64,000 bases of DNA from Acetatifactor sp. (GCA_045539535.1 JAZQFO010000131.1:33456-97455); one strand, 5' to 3'; shown: positions 48,182 through 59,358, numbered from the stretch's first letter. Notes: generated by a model from the letters alone, not told the origin. Made by a program: numbers and translations.

Positions 48182-49525
48182 ATGACCGAGAAATCTACAC
48201 ATGTGACACCGGTTGTATTCGGAGCGGGAATCTGTTTACAGAACAATTGGGATTTGATTCTAAAAAAATTCAAACCACAGTATCTTGCAGATAATTCCCG
48301 GGACAAGTGGAATACCTACCCCATGGGAGATGGTGTTAAATGCATTTCGCCTGAGGCAATTAATGAATTGGTAAATCCCAGAGTGCTTGTGGCGGTAGGT
48401 GATCCCTATAGTATAGAGGCTATTCGGGGACAGCTCGCCGATATGGGCTTGGACTGTGAGATTGTGGTAGAGCAACTGGAAAAATGGAGTATTGAGGAGG
48501 AGCTGCCGGAACATTTACGTGTGTTGCAGAAGGCGGTTGATAAGAGAATTCTGTTATTCAATTCGCCGGAACATGATAATGTGGGTGACCATCTGATTTC
48601 CATTGCGGAGCTTGATTTTGTGAAGAAATACTTTCCGGAATATGAGTGCATAGAGATAACAGATATGGAATTTGTGCGATTTCGCAGCAGAATTCGGAGT
48701 TTTGTCCAAAAGGATGATTTGATACTGGTTACCGGTGGTGGCTTTCTTGGCTCTATGTGGTTGTACAATGGAGAGTTGAATGTAAGAGGGATTATTGAAG
48801 ATTATCCGGATAATCAAATTGTAATTATGCCTCAGACAATTTATTTTGAAAAGAATGAAAGAGGCAGAGCAGAGTGTATTAAAACAAAGGCGGTTTATAC
48901 CAAACACAAAAACTTAACCATTTGTTTGAGAGATAAGCAGGCTTACGAGTTGGCGCAGGAGCTGTTTGGGGAGAGCGCGATGATTAAGTATTTTCCTGAT
49001 ATGGCGTTGTCTTTGGATTATAGTAAGGAACAGGAGGCCAGAAAAGGAGCGGTGCTTTGTTTTAGAAAGGATAAAGAAAGCATTCTTGGAACAAAGCAGA
49101 AGCAGGAAATTACGGATGTACTTGAGAATCTTGGCATGAGTTATGAATTTACACTTATGCACACAGGAAATGTATTCAGTCTGGCCACCAGAGAAAGTGA
49201 AATTGCTGCAAAGGCAAAACAGATGAAGGCGGCGGAGATTGTGATAACGGATACGTTACATTGCATGGTTTTGTGTGCGATTACGGGGACGCCCTGTCTG
49301 GCGTTTGATAATTTATCCTCCAAAATATCCGGAGTATATGCGTGGATTGAAAAAACACCCTATATACACCTTTATAAACCAGGAGAAAATGTCGATAACA
49401 TTATAAGAGATTTGTTAAAGGGTGGTTATGGACAATATAATGCAGATTTTCTTGCTAATTACTATGCTGAACTCGCAGGGATGATGAGGAGGAATGACCA
49501 AGGATGGAAGAAGCATTGCGATTAA
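48182..49525 (+). CDS. Polysaccharide pyruvyl transferase family protein
   Basis: PEHDNVGDHLI, GGGFLG, PQTIYF, RDK, PDMA, ITDTLH. Confidence 0.85.
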   Translation: MTEKSTHVTPVVFGAGICLQNNWDLILKKFKPQYLADNSRDKWNTYPMGDGVKCISPEAINELVNPRVLVAVGDPYSIEAIRGQLADMGLDCEIVVEQLEKWSIEEELPEHLRVLQKAVDKRILLFNSPEHDNVGDHLISIAELDFVKKYFPEYECIEITDMEFVRFRSRIRSFVQKDDLILVTGGGFLGSMWLYNGELNVRGIIEDYPDNQIVIMPQTIYFEKNERGRAECIKTKAVYTKHKNLTICLRDKQAYELAQELFGESAMIKYFPDMALSLDYSKEQEARKGAVLCFRKDKESILGTKQKQEITDVLENLGMSYEFTLMHTGNVFSLATRESEIAAKAKQMKAAEIVITDTLHCMVLCAITGTPCLAFDNLSSKISGVYAWIEKTPYIHLYKPGENVDNIIRDLLKGGYGQYNADFLANYYAELAGMMRRNDQGWKKHCD

Positions 49526-50526
49526 AAAGATTTATTAACTGTTATGTTCCCACGGAAACTTGTAACTTTAGGTGTGAGTACTGTTATATCACGCTGAAAA
49601 AGAAGTTTAATGGTAAGTTGTTTGAGATGGAGTATTCGTTGGAACAGTTTAAAAAGGCGATTTCTAAGAAGCGTTTGGGAGGAGTCTGTATATTTAATTT
49701 GTGTGCAGGTGGGGAGACTTTATTGTCTCCTCAGATTATTCCTGTAATTCAAGCTATTTTGGAAGAGGGACATAATGCGGCAGTTGTAACCAATGGAACG
49801 CCCGGAGCTTCTTTTGATAAGATTCTTACATTCGACAGCAACCTGCTGGAGATGTTGTATTTCAAATTTTCATTTCAATATTTTGAGTTGGTGCGAACCA
49901 ATAATATGGACAGATTCTTCGAGAACATTAAGAAAGTTCGAGATGCAGGCTGTTCTTTTTCTGTTGACATAACACCCCATGATCGATTGATTCCCCATAT
50001 TCCGGCAATTAAAGATTTGTTTATGGAGCGCTTAGGTGCTTTGCCGCATATTACGGTGGCAAGAGATACTACAACGCCGGAGTTGCGAATATTAACAGAC
50101 TTAACCAAAGAAGAGTATGTTAAGACCTGGTCCGTGTTTGATTCGGCCAAGTTTGATTATAAGATAAAGGAGTTCTCGAAGCCGCACAGAGAGTTTTGTT
50201 ACGCAGGAGATTGGTCCTTCTCATTGGAGGTGGGAACCGGCAATTTGCGTAAGTGTGATGGAGCGCCTAATCCCAAGGAAATGGATTTTTATAACATGTA
50301 TGCAAATCCGGAAGAGCCTATTCCGTTTGAGCCAATAGGGAATGAGTGTCCCATTGCACATTGCTATAACTGTCATGCATTTTTGACGCTGGGTTCCATA
50401 CCGGAGTTGGAGACACCTACCTATGCTCAGATGTTGGATAGGGTGGATTCAGAAGGAAAACATTGGCTGCAACCGAAGGTTTTAGAGTTGTATTCGCAAA
50501 AATACGGAGTAAATCAAGATGCCTAG
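49504..50526 (+). CDS. Radical SAM protein
   Basis: CNFRCEYC, GGET, VTNG; extra Cys in FCYAG...C...CPIAHCYNC. Confidence 0.85.
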   Translation: MEEALRLKRFINCYVPTETCNFRCEYCYITLKKKFNGKLFEMEYSLEQFKKAISKKRLGGVCIFNLCAGGETLLSPQIIPVIQAILEEGHNAAVVTNGTPGASFDKILTFDSNLLEMLYFKFSFQYFELVRTNNMDRFFENIKKVRDAGCSFSVDITPHDRLIPHIPAIKDLFMERLGALPHITVARDTTTPELRILTDLTKEEYVKTWSVFDSAKFDYKIKEFSKPHREFCYAGDWSFSLEVGTGNLRKCDGAPNPKEMDFYNMYANPEEPIPFEPIGNECPIAHCYNCHAFLTLGSIPELETPTYAQMLDRVDSEGKHWLQPKVLELYSQKYGVNQDA

Positions 50527-51256
50527 GGTACAGATTTCTTTTGATGATGTGAAAGGTTTTTTAAAATACTTAGTGGCTCATCCAGATGTAGAGAGTATTT
50601 TCCATACCCGATTTCTTGGGTTGCTTGGAGAGTTACATGAGGAGTATGGCACAGAGTTTACATTGTTTTGCATGTGTAATAGCGAGGAGTTTTCTTTGCA
50701 TCAAGTGCCTGATAAATATCGAGGCGAGTTTATGGCTCATGCAGATTGGCTTCATCTGGGCTTTCATGCTTGGGATGAAAACAGTGATTATCAAAATGCT
50801 ACCAAGGAGCAGATGCTTGCAGAGTATGAGGAAACCATGCGGGAATTGACCCGGATTACGGGGATAAATACTTTTTCCGATTTGATACGGTTGCACGGGT
50901 TCAGCGGTAGCAGGGAAGCCTGCAGGGCGCTGAAGACAAAGGGTGTTAACAAGCTTTTAACAGCGGATGACGGACGAGTTAGTTATTATCTGACTGAAGA
51001 AGAATGTGAAGAGGTGTTCCGGAAGGGCGGATTGATAGAATTATCTGAAGGAATGGAATTTTATCCGTCTGTTCAGCGCTTGGAATTATGTGAAAATCCG
51101 GTACAACAACTGGATATGGCACTGGAAAAGGGGTGGCAGATTATTTCTGTTTTCACCCATGAATGGCAGATGGATGAGCCGTGTGTACAAGAAAGGCTGA
51201 GGGAATGTTGCCGCTGGGAACAGAAGCAACGTTGCAGAAGAGGTGAGTGCTGTTGA
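50519..51256 (+). CDS. Polysaccharide deacetylase-like (NodB fold) protein
   Basis: ISFDDV, LGFHA, IRLHGF, FTHEW. Confidence 0.6.
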   Translation: MPRVQISFDDVKGFLKYLVAHPDVESIFHTRFLGLLGELHEEYGTEFTLFCMCNSEEFSLHQVPDKYRGEFMAHADWLHLGFHAWDENSDYQNATKEQMLAEYEETMRELTRITGINTFSDLIRLHGFSGSREACRALKTKGVNKLLTADDGRVSYYLTEEECEEVFRKGGLIELSEGMEFYPSVQRLELCENPVQQLDMALEKGWQIISVFTHEWQMDEPCVQERLRECCRWEQKQRCRRGECC

Positions 51257-51933
51257 AAAAGATTATTCTTTACGGAGCAGGAAATTATTGCAGATTGCTG
51301 TTAAAGAATATGCAGTTGGAACAATATGAAGTTGTGGGTGTGGTTGACGGAGACCCCGGTAAATGGGGCGCTTATGTAGAACAGTATCTTATCAGTAAGC
51401 CAGAGGATATTTTGAATTTATCCTATGATGAGATTTGGATTGCAGTTAAGAATTATCAAGGAATTGCAGAGCGCTTGATAGTAGAGTTGCAGGTGCCGGT
51501 ATCTGATATTCGATATTGTGATTTTGATGCTATGCAGATACTTGAGTTGAAGGACAGTGGTTTGAAATTTGACAGTAGTGAAACGGCTACACGGGAGCGC
51601 CTGGAATTTCGTGAATTTGCTATTCGGACAATAGAAGAGGGACTGTTATATGAGGCCTTTTTGAATGGAGAATTCGCAGGTTACGATAGTCTTTCAGTAA
51701 TTGGAAGTGCAGAGGAATTTGATATTGTAAAGAAATTTGTAGAGAGTTGTTCGGAACTGCAAATCGCCGTGCGCAGAGAAAGACAAATTACAGTTTCGGA
51801 TGATACAAAGTACATTATCACTGGTGAGGATTATGAAGAACAGATAAACAGACTGGTAAATGAACTGGGATGTAAGCGGAGACAGTGCCTGATAATTCCA
51901 TTGTTTGATGTGGGAGATACCGTGTTGGTATAG
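51247..51933 (+). CDS. Hypothetical protein with N-terminal Rossmann-like (PglD_N-like) domain
   Basis: ILYGAG...VVGVVDGDP.KWG. Confidence 0.55.
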   Translation: MLLKKIILYGAGNYCRLLLKNMQLEQYEVVGVVDGDPGKWGAYVEQYLISKPEDILNLSYDEIWIAVKNYQGIAERLIVELQVPVSDIRYCDFDAMQILELKDSGLKFDSSETATRERLEFREFAIRTIEEGLLYEAFLNGEFAGYDSLSVIGSAEEFDIVKKFVESCSELQIAVRRERQITVSDDTKYIITGEDYEEQINRLVNELGCKRRQCLIIPLFDVGDTVLV

Positions 51934-51964
51934 AGGATAAAAAACTGCGGAAGGGTAATGAACA

Positions 51965-53218
51965 ATGAGATTATTGATTGCTTCAGTAAATCATATGCAT
52001 GTAAATACAATGCACATCAATTTTTATCATAGTCTTGCTGAGCAAGCGGAGGTAACCTTTTTCGGCCCCGGGTTTTCTACAGAGGAGGAGTTGGAAAAGG
52101 GTATCTTAAGATTTGCAGACAAGAAAGGCCCGTTTGATGCAGTCATAGTGGCATTTCCATTGGCAATGTCCTCATCCAAAGTCTCTACCATTAGAGAAGT
52201 ATATCAAAACCACAGATATTTTTTATCAGACTATTCCGTGAATCAGGCGGTAAGGTATGCGGATGATATATTGGATGCGGTTAACTCCATGGATATACCG
52301 AGAATTATTTTATTCTTCCAGGATTATATCAATATAAAAAGTACATGGTATGATTTCCTAAACAATAAGCTCGAATGTGGTTATTATTTTTTGGGAGTGG
52401 GATTGGATTTTGTATCGGAAGTACAAGAAAAAGGCGGCCATACTTTTGGGGATGGTTTGCAACTTAATAATCTATATAGAAGTTTGTTGATGAATTTTAG
52501 GCAGCAAACTATTTCGATACCGGTTACAGCGACATCGGGTGATGAATATTTCTTTGGACCACTATGGGCACGTGAATTTGATTGGGTTGTGCCGGGAAAT
52601 ATTGATGGGTGTTATCCTGTTAGAGGACAGATGTTGAGATTGTTACAGCAGGATGGGTATAGGATATATTCAGATTTTTTGTTCCGAACCATGGCATATA
52701 AGACGGATAAGACACAAGTAAAGCGTTATGAATACTTGAGAGAAACGGATAAACAAGTGGATGAACGGCTGGGAAAAAACAGTCCCTATTTGTCGGTGCA
52801 GCTAAAAAGAGAAGATTGGGCAGCTTGGCGGGAGAATTACAATGTGTCTCTTAGAAAGTCAAAAATGGCTTTTGCAGATGGTGGGGATGCACATGTTCTG
52901 GTAAGGAAATATTTTGAAATACCCGCCCGAGGGACTTTGCTTGCATGCGAAAATGTTGTTGGACTGGATAAGCTTGGGTTTTGTGATGGTGAAAATATGG
53001 TAGAGGTGCATCCGGAAAATATACTGGATATCAGTGCGGAGTTGTTCTGTAATCCGGAACGTATGGAACAAATTGCAGACAGTGGAAGAAGACTTGTTCT
53101 TTCAAAACACACAGTAGGAAAACGGGCAGAGGACACCATAAAAGCAATACAGGCAATTCAAACAGGGCGTTTTAAAGGTTCTCATTGGGATAATGGTGAT
53201 TTTGTGATTGAGGAATAG
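51965..53218 (+). CDS. CgeB-like glycosyltransferase
   Basis: VRKYFEIPARGTLL, IADSGRRLVLSKHT...R. Confidence 0.7.
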   Translation: MRLLIASVNHMHVNTMHINFYHSLAEQAEVTFFGPGFSTEEELEKGILRFADKKGPFDAVIVAFPLAMSSSKVSTIREVYQNHRYFLSDYSVNQAVRYADDILDAVNSMDIPRIILFFQDYINIKSTWYDFLNNKLECGYYFLGVGLDFVSEVQEKGGHTFGDGLQLNNLYRSLLMNFRQQTISIPVTATSGDEYFFGPLWAREFDWVVPGNIDGCYPVRGQMLRLLQQDGYRIYSDFLFRTMAYKTDKTQVKRYEYLRETDKQVDERLGKNSPYLSVQLKREDWAAWRENYNVSLRKSKMAFADGGDAHVLVRKYFEIPARGTLLACENVVGLDKLGFCDGENMVEVHPENILDISAELFCNPERMEQIADSGRRLVLSKHTVGKRAEDTIKAIQAIQTGRFKGSHWDNGDFVIEE

Positions 53219-53220
53219 GT

Positions 53221-53778
53221 ATGGGAGAGGAACAAATAAGAGAAGCATATGTCTCTTTGCGGGAGCAGATGTATGAAAAATGGAATAGAGTCTTGCCTTT
53301 GGGAGATATGGTTGTAGATCGTTGGGAAAAGGCGTCGTTTTTGGGGTTTGGAGAAAAGACGAATATATATGATAGCAGTGTGGTAATGGGAGATGTTGCT
53401 GTTGGAGCAAATACATGGATAGGCCCCTTTACTTTGTTGGACGGATCCGGAGGAAAGCTTTCCATCGGAAATCATTGCAGTATTTCAGCGGGTGTTCAGA
53501 TTTATACTCATGACACAGTGGATTATTGTGTGTCAGGAGGCAGGAGCCCTAAGGTTTGTGCGCCGGTGGAGATAGGAGATAATTGTTATATTGGTCCTAT
53601 GGTAATCATTAGTAAAGGTGTTACGATTGGGAAGTGTTGCATTGTAGGTGCTAATAGCTTTGTAAATAAAAGCATTGGAGATAATATGATTGTCGCGGGA
53701 AATCCGGCAAAAGTCATTGGCAGAGTCGAAATAACAGACGAGGGTCAGGTTCATAGAATATATTTTGAGAGTAAATAA
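53221..53778 (+). CDS. Hexapeptide-repeat acyltransferase
   Basis: Left-handed beta-helix repeats, IYTHD, VAGNPAKVI. Confidence 0.85.
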   Translation: MGEEQIREAYVSLREQMYEKWNRVLPLGDMVVDRWEKASFLGFGEKTNIYDSSVVMGDVAVGANTWIGPFTLLDGSGGKLSIGNHCSISAGVQIYTHDTVDYCVSGGRSPKVCAPVEIGDNCYIGPMVIISKGVTIGKCCIVGANSFVNKSIGDNMIVAGNPAKVIGRVEITDEGQVHRIYFESK

Positions 53779-53810
53779 TGAGAACATTATTTGTTAAAGG
53801 AGGTGGGAAT

Positions 53811-54536
53811 ATGGATGAAACGATTTATTTTACATTTGATATGGATTGGGCAAATGATGTTGTGCTTGAGTATTTTTATTCGTTATTAAAGAAATATGAT
53901 ATACCGGCAACAATATTTGTAACGCATGATACGGATATGTTGCAAAAATTTCGACAGGATGAAAAGATAGAATTAGGGATACATCCTAATTTCAATCGTC
54001 TACTTAATGGTGATAATGGTCAGGACAATTATAAAATAATAGTGGATAATATGTTGGAGATTGTTCCTGAAGCTACGGCATATAGGTCACATGCGTTGGT
54101 TGATTTTTCGCCGCTTACCATTTATTGCGAAGAGAAGGGATTAGAAAGAAATCTGAATATGTATATGTTTCCAGAAGAGGGTTCTCGTATTTATCCTTTC
54201 AAGAGAGGTGGAGTTACAATGATACCATTTATTTTTGAGGATGATTTGTGGTTAATGTATGGTAAAAAAGATATAGAATATTTATTAGAGGGAGATTTTA
54301 AAGCGCATAGAATATTCAATTTTCATCCTATTCATTTATTTTTAAATTGTGAATCTCTTAGTAGATATGAAAATGCAAAAAAATACAATAAAACTCCTGA
54401 AGAGTTGCAGAAATATAGGAACGATATGATGCAGTCGGAGGGTGTGGAAGATATATTTGTTAAACTGATACAAATGGCAAGAAATAAGGGTTGGAGTTTT
54501 GGATTGATTAGAGATTTAGAGGGAGCGGTTTTATGA
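53811..54536 (+). CDS. Polysaccharide deacetylase-like protein (WbmS-like)
   Basis: FTFDMDWA, ATIFVTH, ELGIHPNF, RSH, FEDD, FNFHPIH; ATG after AAGGAGG. Confidence 0.7.
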   Translation: MDETIYFTFDMDWANDVVLEYFYSLLKKYDIPATIFVTHDTDMLQKFRQDEKIELGIHPNFNRLLNGDNGQDNYKIIVDNMLEIVPEATAYRSHALVDFSPLTIYCEEKGLERNLNMYMFPEEGSRIYPFKRGGVTMIPFIFEDDLWLMYGKKDIEYLLEGDFKAHRIFNFHPIHLFLNCESLSRYENAKKYNKTPEELQKYRNDMMQSEGVEDIFVKLIQMARNKGWSFGLIRDLEGAVL

Positions 54537-55423
54537 GGTTGTCTGAAATAGCGTTGTATGAAAATGAAGAATTACTGGCAGATGCCGAATTTGATAGATT
54601 AGATTTATTGAAAAGTTCAGTAAACCAAAGAATTTTTTCTTTTTTAGACAGTGCTAAGTATTTACACGAAGCAGAAAATGCCAATATTACTTGCATTGTT
54701 TGCAGAAGAGAATTGGTATCCCTTTTACCGAGTCACATAAAAGGAATAATTGTTTCGGAAGAGCCGTATGTAAGTTTCTGGAGACGGCATAATGAATTGC
54801 AACGCAGACGAGAAAAATTTGCTACGAAGATAGGGGCAAATTGCAACATTCATCCCTTGGCTTGTATTGCCGAAAACAATGTTATTATAGGTGAAAATGT
54901 AGTAATAGAAGAATTTGTATCAATTAAAGAAAACGTGGTGCTTGGTGATAGATGTATAATACGTTCAGGTTGCGTTATTGGTGGAGCTGGTTATGAGTTT
55001 AAAAAGAGGAAAGAAGGTACTCCGTTGGCAGTAGAACACTTCGGCGGAGTTATAATAGAACATGATGTGGAAATTCAACAGTTGACTAATGTAGCCAGAG
55101 CAATTTATCCGGATGATGATACAATTATAAAAAGCGGGACCAAAATAGATGCCTTGGTACATATTGCGCATGCTGATAAAATTGGACATAATTGCAATAT
55201 TGTTGCGGGAGCGGTAATTGGAGGAAGTACCTGCCTGGAAGACAATGTATGGGTAGGACCGAATGCAACGGTGAGTAATGGATTGCATATAGGAAAGGAT
55301 GCAAGAATTTCATTAGGAAGTGTTGTGACTCGAAATGTGGAGCCGGGCAAAACAGTAAGTGGAAATTTTGCGATAGAACATTCTAAATTTATAGAAAACA
55401 TAAAAGCAAGTATAAAGAGATGA
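54533..55423 (+). CDS. LpxD-like N-acyltransferase
   Basis: N-terminal domain plus beta-helix; VIGGAGYEF, HFGGVIIE, TKIDALVHIAH. Confidence 0.75.
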   Translation: MRLSEIALYENEELLADAEFDRLDLLKSSVNQRIFSFLDSAKYLHEAENANITCIVCRRELVSLLPSHIKGIIVSEEPYVSFWRRHNELQRRREKFATKIGANCNIHPLACIAENNVIIGENVVIEEFVSIKENVVLGDRCIIRSGCVIGGAGYEFKKRKEGTPLAVEHFGGVIIEHDVEIQQLTNVARAIYPDDDTIIKSGTKIDALVHIAHADKIGHNCNIVAGAVIGGSTCLEDNVWVGPNATVSNGLHIGKDARISLGSVVTRNVEPGKTVSGNFAIEHSKFIENIKASIKR

Positions 55424-55437
55424 CGGGAGAAAAATGT

Positions 55438-56625
55438 ATGAAAGTACCTTTTTTTAATTTAACAAGACAATATGAGAGTTTGAGTGGGCTGATTGAGGAA
55501 AAAGTATGTGAAGTTATGCGATCAGGACAGTATGTTGAAGGACCGGCTGTAAAGGAGTTTGAGCAGGTTATAGGAGAATATTTAGGTGCTAAATATGTTA
55601 TTACATGTGGGAATGGAACAGATGCACTGCGTATTGCGTTACAAGCTGTGGGTGTGAAAAGTGGTGATAAAGTAATCACTACTGCTTTTTCTTTTTTTGC
55701 AACAGCAGAGGCGATTGCGCAGATTGGTGCAATTCCCGTTTTTGCAGATATAGATTGTAATTCATTTAATATTGATGTTGAAGATGTTAGAAAGAAGATG
55801 ACGAAAGAGATTAAAGCAATTCTTCCGGTACACATTTTCGGGATGCCGGCAGATATGGATGAGTTGAATGAATTAGCAACGGAGTATAATGTTCCTGTTA
55901 TCGAAGATGCATGTCAGGCGATTGGGGCAGAATATAAGGGCAAGAAAGCGGGAACGCTGGGAACGATAGGTTGCTTTTCTTTTTATCCGACTAAAAATCT
56001 GGGTGCCTTTGGAGATGGGGGAATGATTGTTACGGATGATGAGAATATAGCAGATGCGTGCAAGGCATTTAAGGCACATGCTGCAGGAAAAATTGGCGCG
56101 AAGACTTATGCATGGATGACCAATGAAGAATTGCCGGAATTAAAAGAACAGAGCGGAGATGGGTTATATGATCCATGTAAATATTTTAATTATTTTATTG
56201 GCGGCAATTCACGGTTAGATAGTATGCAGGCAGCAGTATTGTTAGTAAAGCAAAGATACTTGGATGAATATAACGGCAATCGTAAAAAAATTGCGGCTAT
56301 GTATTCAGAGGGACTGAAAGAATTGCCCATTCGAATTCCTTGCGAAGAGGAAGTTGACAGGACTTCATGTTGGCATCAGTATGCTATACTTTGTGATAAA
56401 AAGGAAGAGTTAATAAATTATTTGGGAGAACATGGCATAGGAGCCGGTAATTTTTACCCGGTACCTTTGCACTTGCAGAAAGCATTTACATATTTGAATT
56501 ATAGTCCGGATGCACTGCCGGTTGCAGAGGATGTTTGTAAGAAAACAGTTTGTTTACCAATTTTTCCGGAATTGACAGAGGAAGAGGTTGCCTATGTAAT
56601 TGAGACAATCAAAAGCTTCTTTTAG
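55438..56625 (+). CDS. DegT/DnrJ/EryC1/StrS sugar aminotransferase (WbpE-like)
   Basis: NGTDAL, IEDACQA, SFYPTKNLGAFGDGG, NSRLD. Confidence 0.9.
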   Translation: MKVPFFNLTRQYESLSGLIEEKVCEVMRSGQYVEGPAVKEFEQVIGEYLGAKYVITCGNGTDALRIALQAVGVKSGDKVITTAFSFFATAEAIAQIGAIPVFADIDCNSFNIDVEDVRKKMTKEIKAILPVHIFGMPADMDELNELATEYNVPVIEDACQAIGAEYKGKKAGTLGTIGCFSFYPTKNLGAFGDGGMIVTDDENIADACKAFKAHAAGKIGAKTYAWMTNEELPELKEQSGDGLYDPCKYFNYFIGGNSRLDSMQAAVLLVKQRYLDEYNGNRKKIAAMYSEGLKELPIRIPCEEEVDRTSCWHQYAILCDKKEELINYLGEHGIGAGNFYPVPLHLQKAFTYLNYSPDALPVAEDVCKKTVCLPIFPELTEEEVAYVIETIKSFF

Positions 56626-56634
56626 GAGGGGGTT

Positions 56635-57198
56635 ATGGCGGTATATATTCATCATACAGCAGAAGTTTCAGAATGTGCAATAATAGGTGCAGATACAAAA
56701 ATATGGAATCAGGCACAGGTAAGAGAAGGTGCTGTTATAGGGGAAAAATGTATCCTCAGTAAAAATGTATATATTGATGAAGGGGTACATATTGGGAATC
56801 GAGTAAAGATTCAAAATAATGTAAATGTGTACCACGGAGTTACCGTTGAGGATGATGTTTTTTTGGGGCCATCCATGACATTTACAAATGATATGTTTCC
56901 AAGGGCATTTAGCAAAGATTGGAAAGTATATGAAACATTGGTTAAAGAAGGGGCGTCTATAGGAGCTAATGCCACGATTGTCTGTGGACATATTGTGGGC
57001 AAGTTTGCAATGGTTGGTGCAGGGAGTGTGGTGACTAAAGATGTACCGGACTATGCATTAGTGGTAGGAAATCCGGCAAGGCAGATCGGCTGGGTTTGTA
57101 AATGTGGGAATAAATTGAATGAGCATCTGAAATGTGAATTATGTGGATGTGATTATATGCTGAAAGAGAACCTAAAGTTGGAGGAACTTTATGAATAG
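56635..57198 (+). CDS. N-acetyltransferase (WbpD-like)
   Basis: [36 protein letters not shown]. Confidence 0.85.
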   Translation: MAVYIHHTAEVSECAIIGADTKIWNQAQVREGAVIGEKCILSKNVYIDEGVHIGNRVKIQNNVNVYHGVTVEDDVFLGPSMTFTNDMFPRAFSKDWKVYETLVKEGASIGANATIVCGHIVGKFAMVGAGSVVTKDVPDYALVVGNPARQIGWVCKCGNKLNEHLKCELCGCDYMLKENLKLEELYE

Positions 57199-58399
57199 GA
57201 TACCTATAACAAAACCATATATAGATTCAGATGAAATGAATGCAGTACAACAGGTGCTCGCAAGTGGTTGGTTGGTACAAGGGGCCAAGGTTAAGGAATT
57301 TGAGGATTCTATTGCTGCGCACGAGCAGGTAAAATATTGTTGTGCGACAACTTCTTGTACAACTGCTTTGTATTTAGCTATGCTGGCGGAAGGAATGGGA
57401 GAAGGAATGGATGTATTGGTTCCGTCCTTTACTTTTGTAGCCACGGCGAACGCAGTGGTAGCTACCGGTGCAACTCCGATTTTGATGGATGTGGATGCGC
57501 AAACTTATAATTTAGATGTAGATTGGATGAAGCAATTCATTCAAGAAAACTATAATTATGATGGTGCACATTTGTGTAATAAGGGAACTGGTAATGTTTT
57601 GTGGGGAATTGTTCCAGTACATCAATTTGGGTTGTGTGCAGATATGTATGAAATAAATGCCCTTGCCAAGAAATATAATTTAAACGTGATTGAGGACGCT
57701 GCTTGTGCATTAGGTTCTATGATTGGTGATACACATATAGGAGGATTTGGAAATACGGCTTGTGTAAGTTTTCATCCTAGAAAATCAATTACCACCGGCG
57801 AAGGTGGAATGATTTTGACCAATAAAGAAGAGGTTTATTTAAAAGCAGTTGAGTTACGAAATCATGGAAGTATGGTTGCGTCTGATGCCCGGCACAAGGC
57901 GAATGGAGGACTACTTCCGGAATATGTGTCAGCAGGTTTTAATTATCGCATGACTGATTTGCAGGGCGCGATAGGGTGTGAACAGTATAAAAAGCTGGAT
58001 TATATTTTAAAAAGAAGAAAAGAAATTGCAGATTATTATTCACAATTAATTATGCATGCTCAATCAAATATAAAGCCACCGTATGTTCCGGAGGGATATA
58101 CCCATACTTATCAGTCATATGCTTGTTTGTTGGACTGGAATGAAAGTGTACAAGCAGGTAGGGAAAAAAGAAATAGTATTATGAATAATTTGGAATCTGT
58201 AGGAGTAGTTACAAGGCAAGGTACGCATGCAGTACATATGCTAGAGTATTATAAAAAGCGATTCGGGTTTCAAGCGGACGATTTGCCAAATGCGAATAGA
58301 TGTGATGCATTGACAATTTCTTTGCCTGTATATGTTACTATAACGCAGTCGGAGCAAGAGTTTGTGATAGAAAAATTAATTGAATTTGCAAGTGCATAA
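57191..58399 (+). CDS. DegT/DnrJ/EryC1/StrS sugar aminotransferase
   Basis: [37 protein letters not shown]. Confidence 0.9.
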   Translation: MNRIPITKPYIDSDEMNAVQQVLASGWLVQGAKVKEFEDSIAAHEQVKYCCATTSCTTALYLAMLAEGMGEGMDVLVPSFTFVATANAVVATGATPILMDVDAQTYNLDVDWMKQFIQENYNYDGAHLCNKGTGNVLWGIVPVHQFGLCADMYEINALAKKYNLNVIEDAACALGSMIGDTHIGGFGNTACVSFHPRKSITTGEGGMILTNKEEVYLKAVELRNHGSMVASDARHKANGGLLPEYVSAGFNYRMTDLQGAIGCEQYKKLDYILKRRKEIADYYSQLIMHAQSNIKPPYVPEGYTHTYQSYACLLDWNESVQAGREKRNSIMNNLESVGVVTRQGTHAVHMLEYYKKRFGFQADDLPNANRCDALTISLPVYVTITQSEQEFVIEKLIEFASA

Positions 58400-58416
58400 G
58401 AAAGAGATGGTATGTT

Positions 58417-59337
58417 ATGGAAAAATTAAAATTTCCTAATAGAATTACAATAGAATTGACAAATCAATGTAATGTGTCATGTTCTTTTTGTCCACGACAG
58501 TGTGTGGATATGGAAATTGGTTATATGGACCAGGCATTATACAAGAAAATAATAGATGAGGCGTCATTGCATCTTCCGGTAAAATTGGTTTTCTTTTTCC
58601 GAGGGGAATCTTTGCTGCACCCTCAATTTCTTGAGTACTTGGCTTATGCAAAAGAAAAGGGCTTAGGTCCTATTCAATTTGCTTCAAATGCTTTAGCATT
58701 AAATCCAGAGATTGCAGAGGAAATGTTAAGAATTGGGATAGATTTTATATCATTTAGTTTGGATACGCTTAATCCGGAGGTTTACAAGTCTACGAGAAAA
58801 AGTGGTGATTTGTCAATTAGTATGAAGCATGTGATAGCTTTGAGTCAAAAATGTAAGGAGCGACGTGCGAAAGGACTAAATGCACCTACATTGCAAGTAT
58901 CTACAATTGAATTGCCGGAATATATGGAAGAGCAAGAGGAGTTCATAAGGTTTTGGAAGCAGTATGTGGATATAGTACGTGTATATTATGAGCATGATGA
59001 AAAAGGCGGATTTCGAAATAAAGAATTAAAAGAGAGTTTGCCGATATTAGATGAGCGTAAACCATGTAGAAAAGTATTTACAGATTTTTTGATATACTGG
59101 AACGGAGAGTTGGCGCTATGTAATTATGATTGGAAAGGTGGCCTCAAAGGTTTGGACTTGAATAAGATGACAATCCAAGAGGCATGGGATTCGGAATGTT
59201 ATGAGACAGTAAGAGGGATGCATGCGCGTAATTGTTTCGCAGATGAGTTGATGTGTAACAAGTGCGAGCATTGGAAAATTGATTATATGCCCAATGGATT
59301 CTTGGGTAAAATGTACCGCAGTGATGACAATGAGTAG
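58417..59337 (+). CDS. Radical SAM protein with SPASM/twitch domain
   Basis: ELTNQCNVSCSFCPR; C-terminal PC...I.WNG...LC.YD...CNKC. Confidence 0.88.
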   Translation: MEKLKFPNRITIELTNQCNVSCSFCPRQCVDMEIGYMDQALYKKIIDEASLHLPVKLVFFFRGESLLHPQFLEYLAYAKEKGLGPIQFASNALALNPEIAEEMLRIGIDFISFSLDTLNPEVYKSTRKSGDLSISMKHVIALSQKCKERRAKGLNAPTLQVSTIELPEYMEEQEEFIRFWKQYVDIVRVYYEHDEKGGFRNKELKESLPILDERKPCRKVFTDFLIYWNGELALCNYDWKGGLKGLDLNKMTIQEAWDSECYETVRGMHARNCFADELMCNKCEHWKIDYMPNGFLGKMYRSDDNE

Positions 59338-59358
59338 GGGGAATTAGGAGGATTTAAG

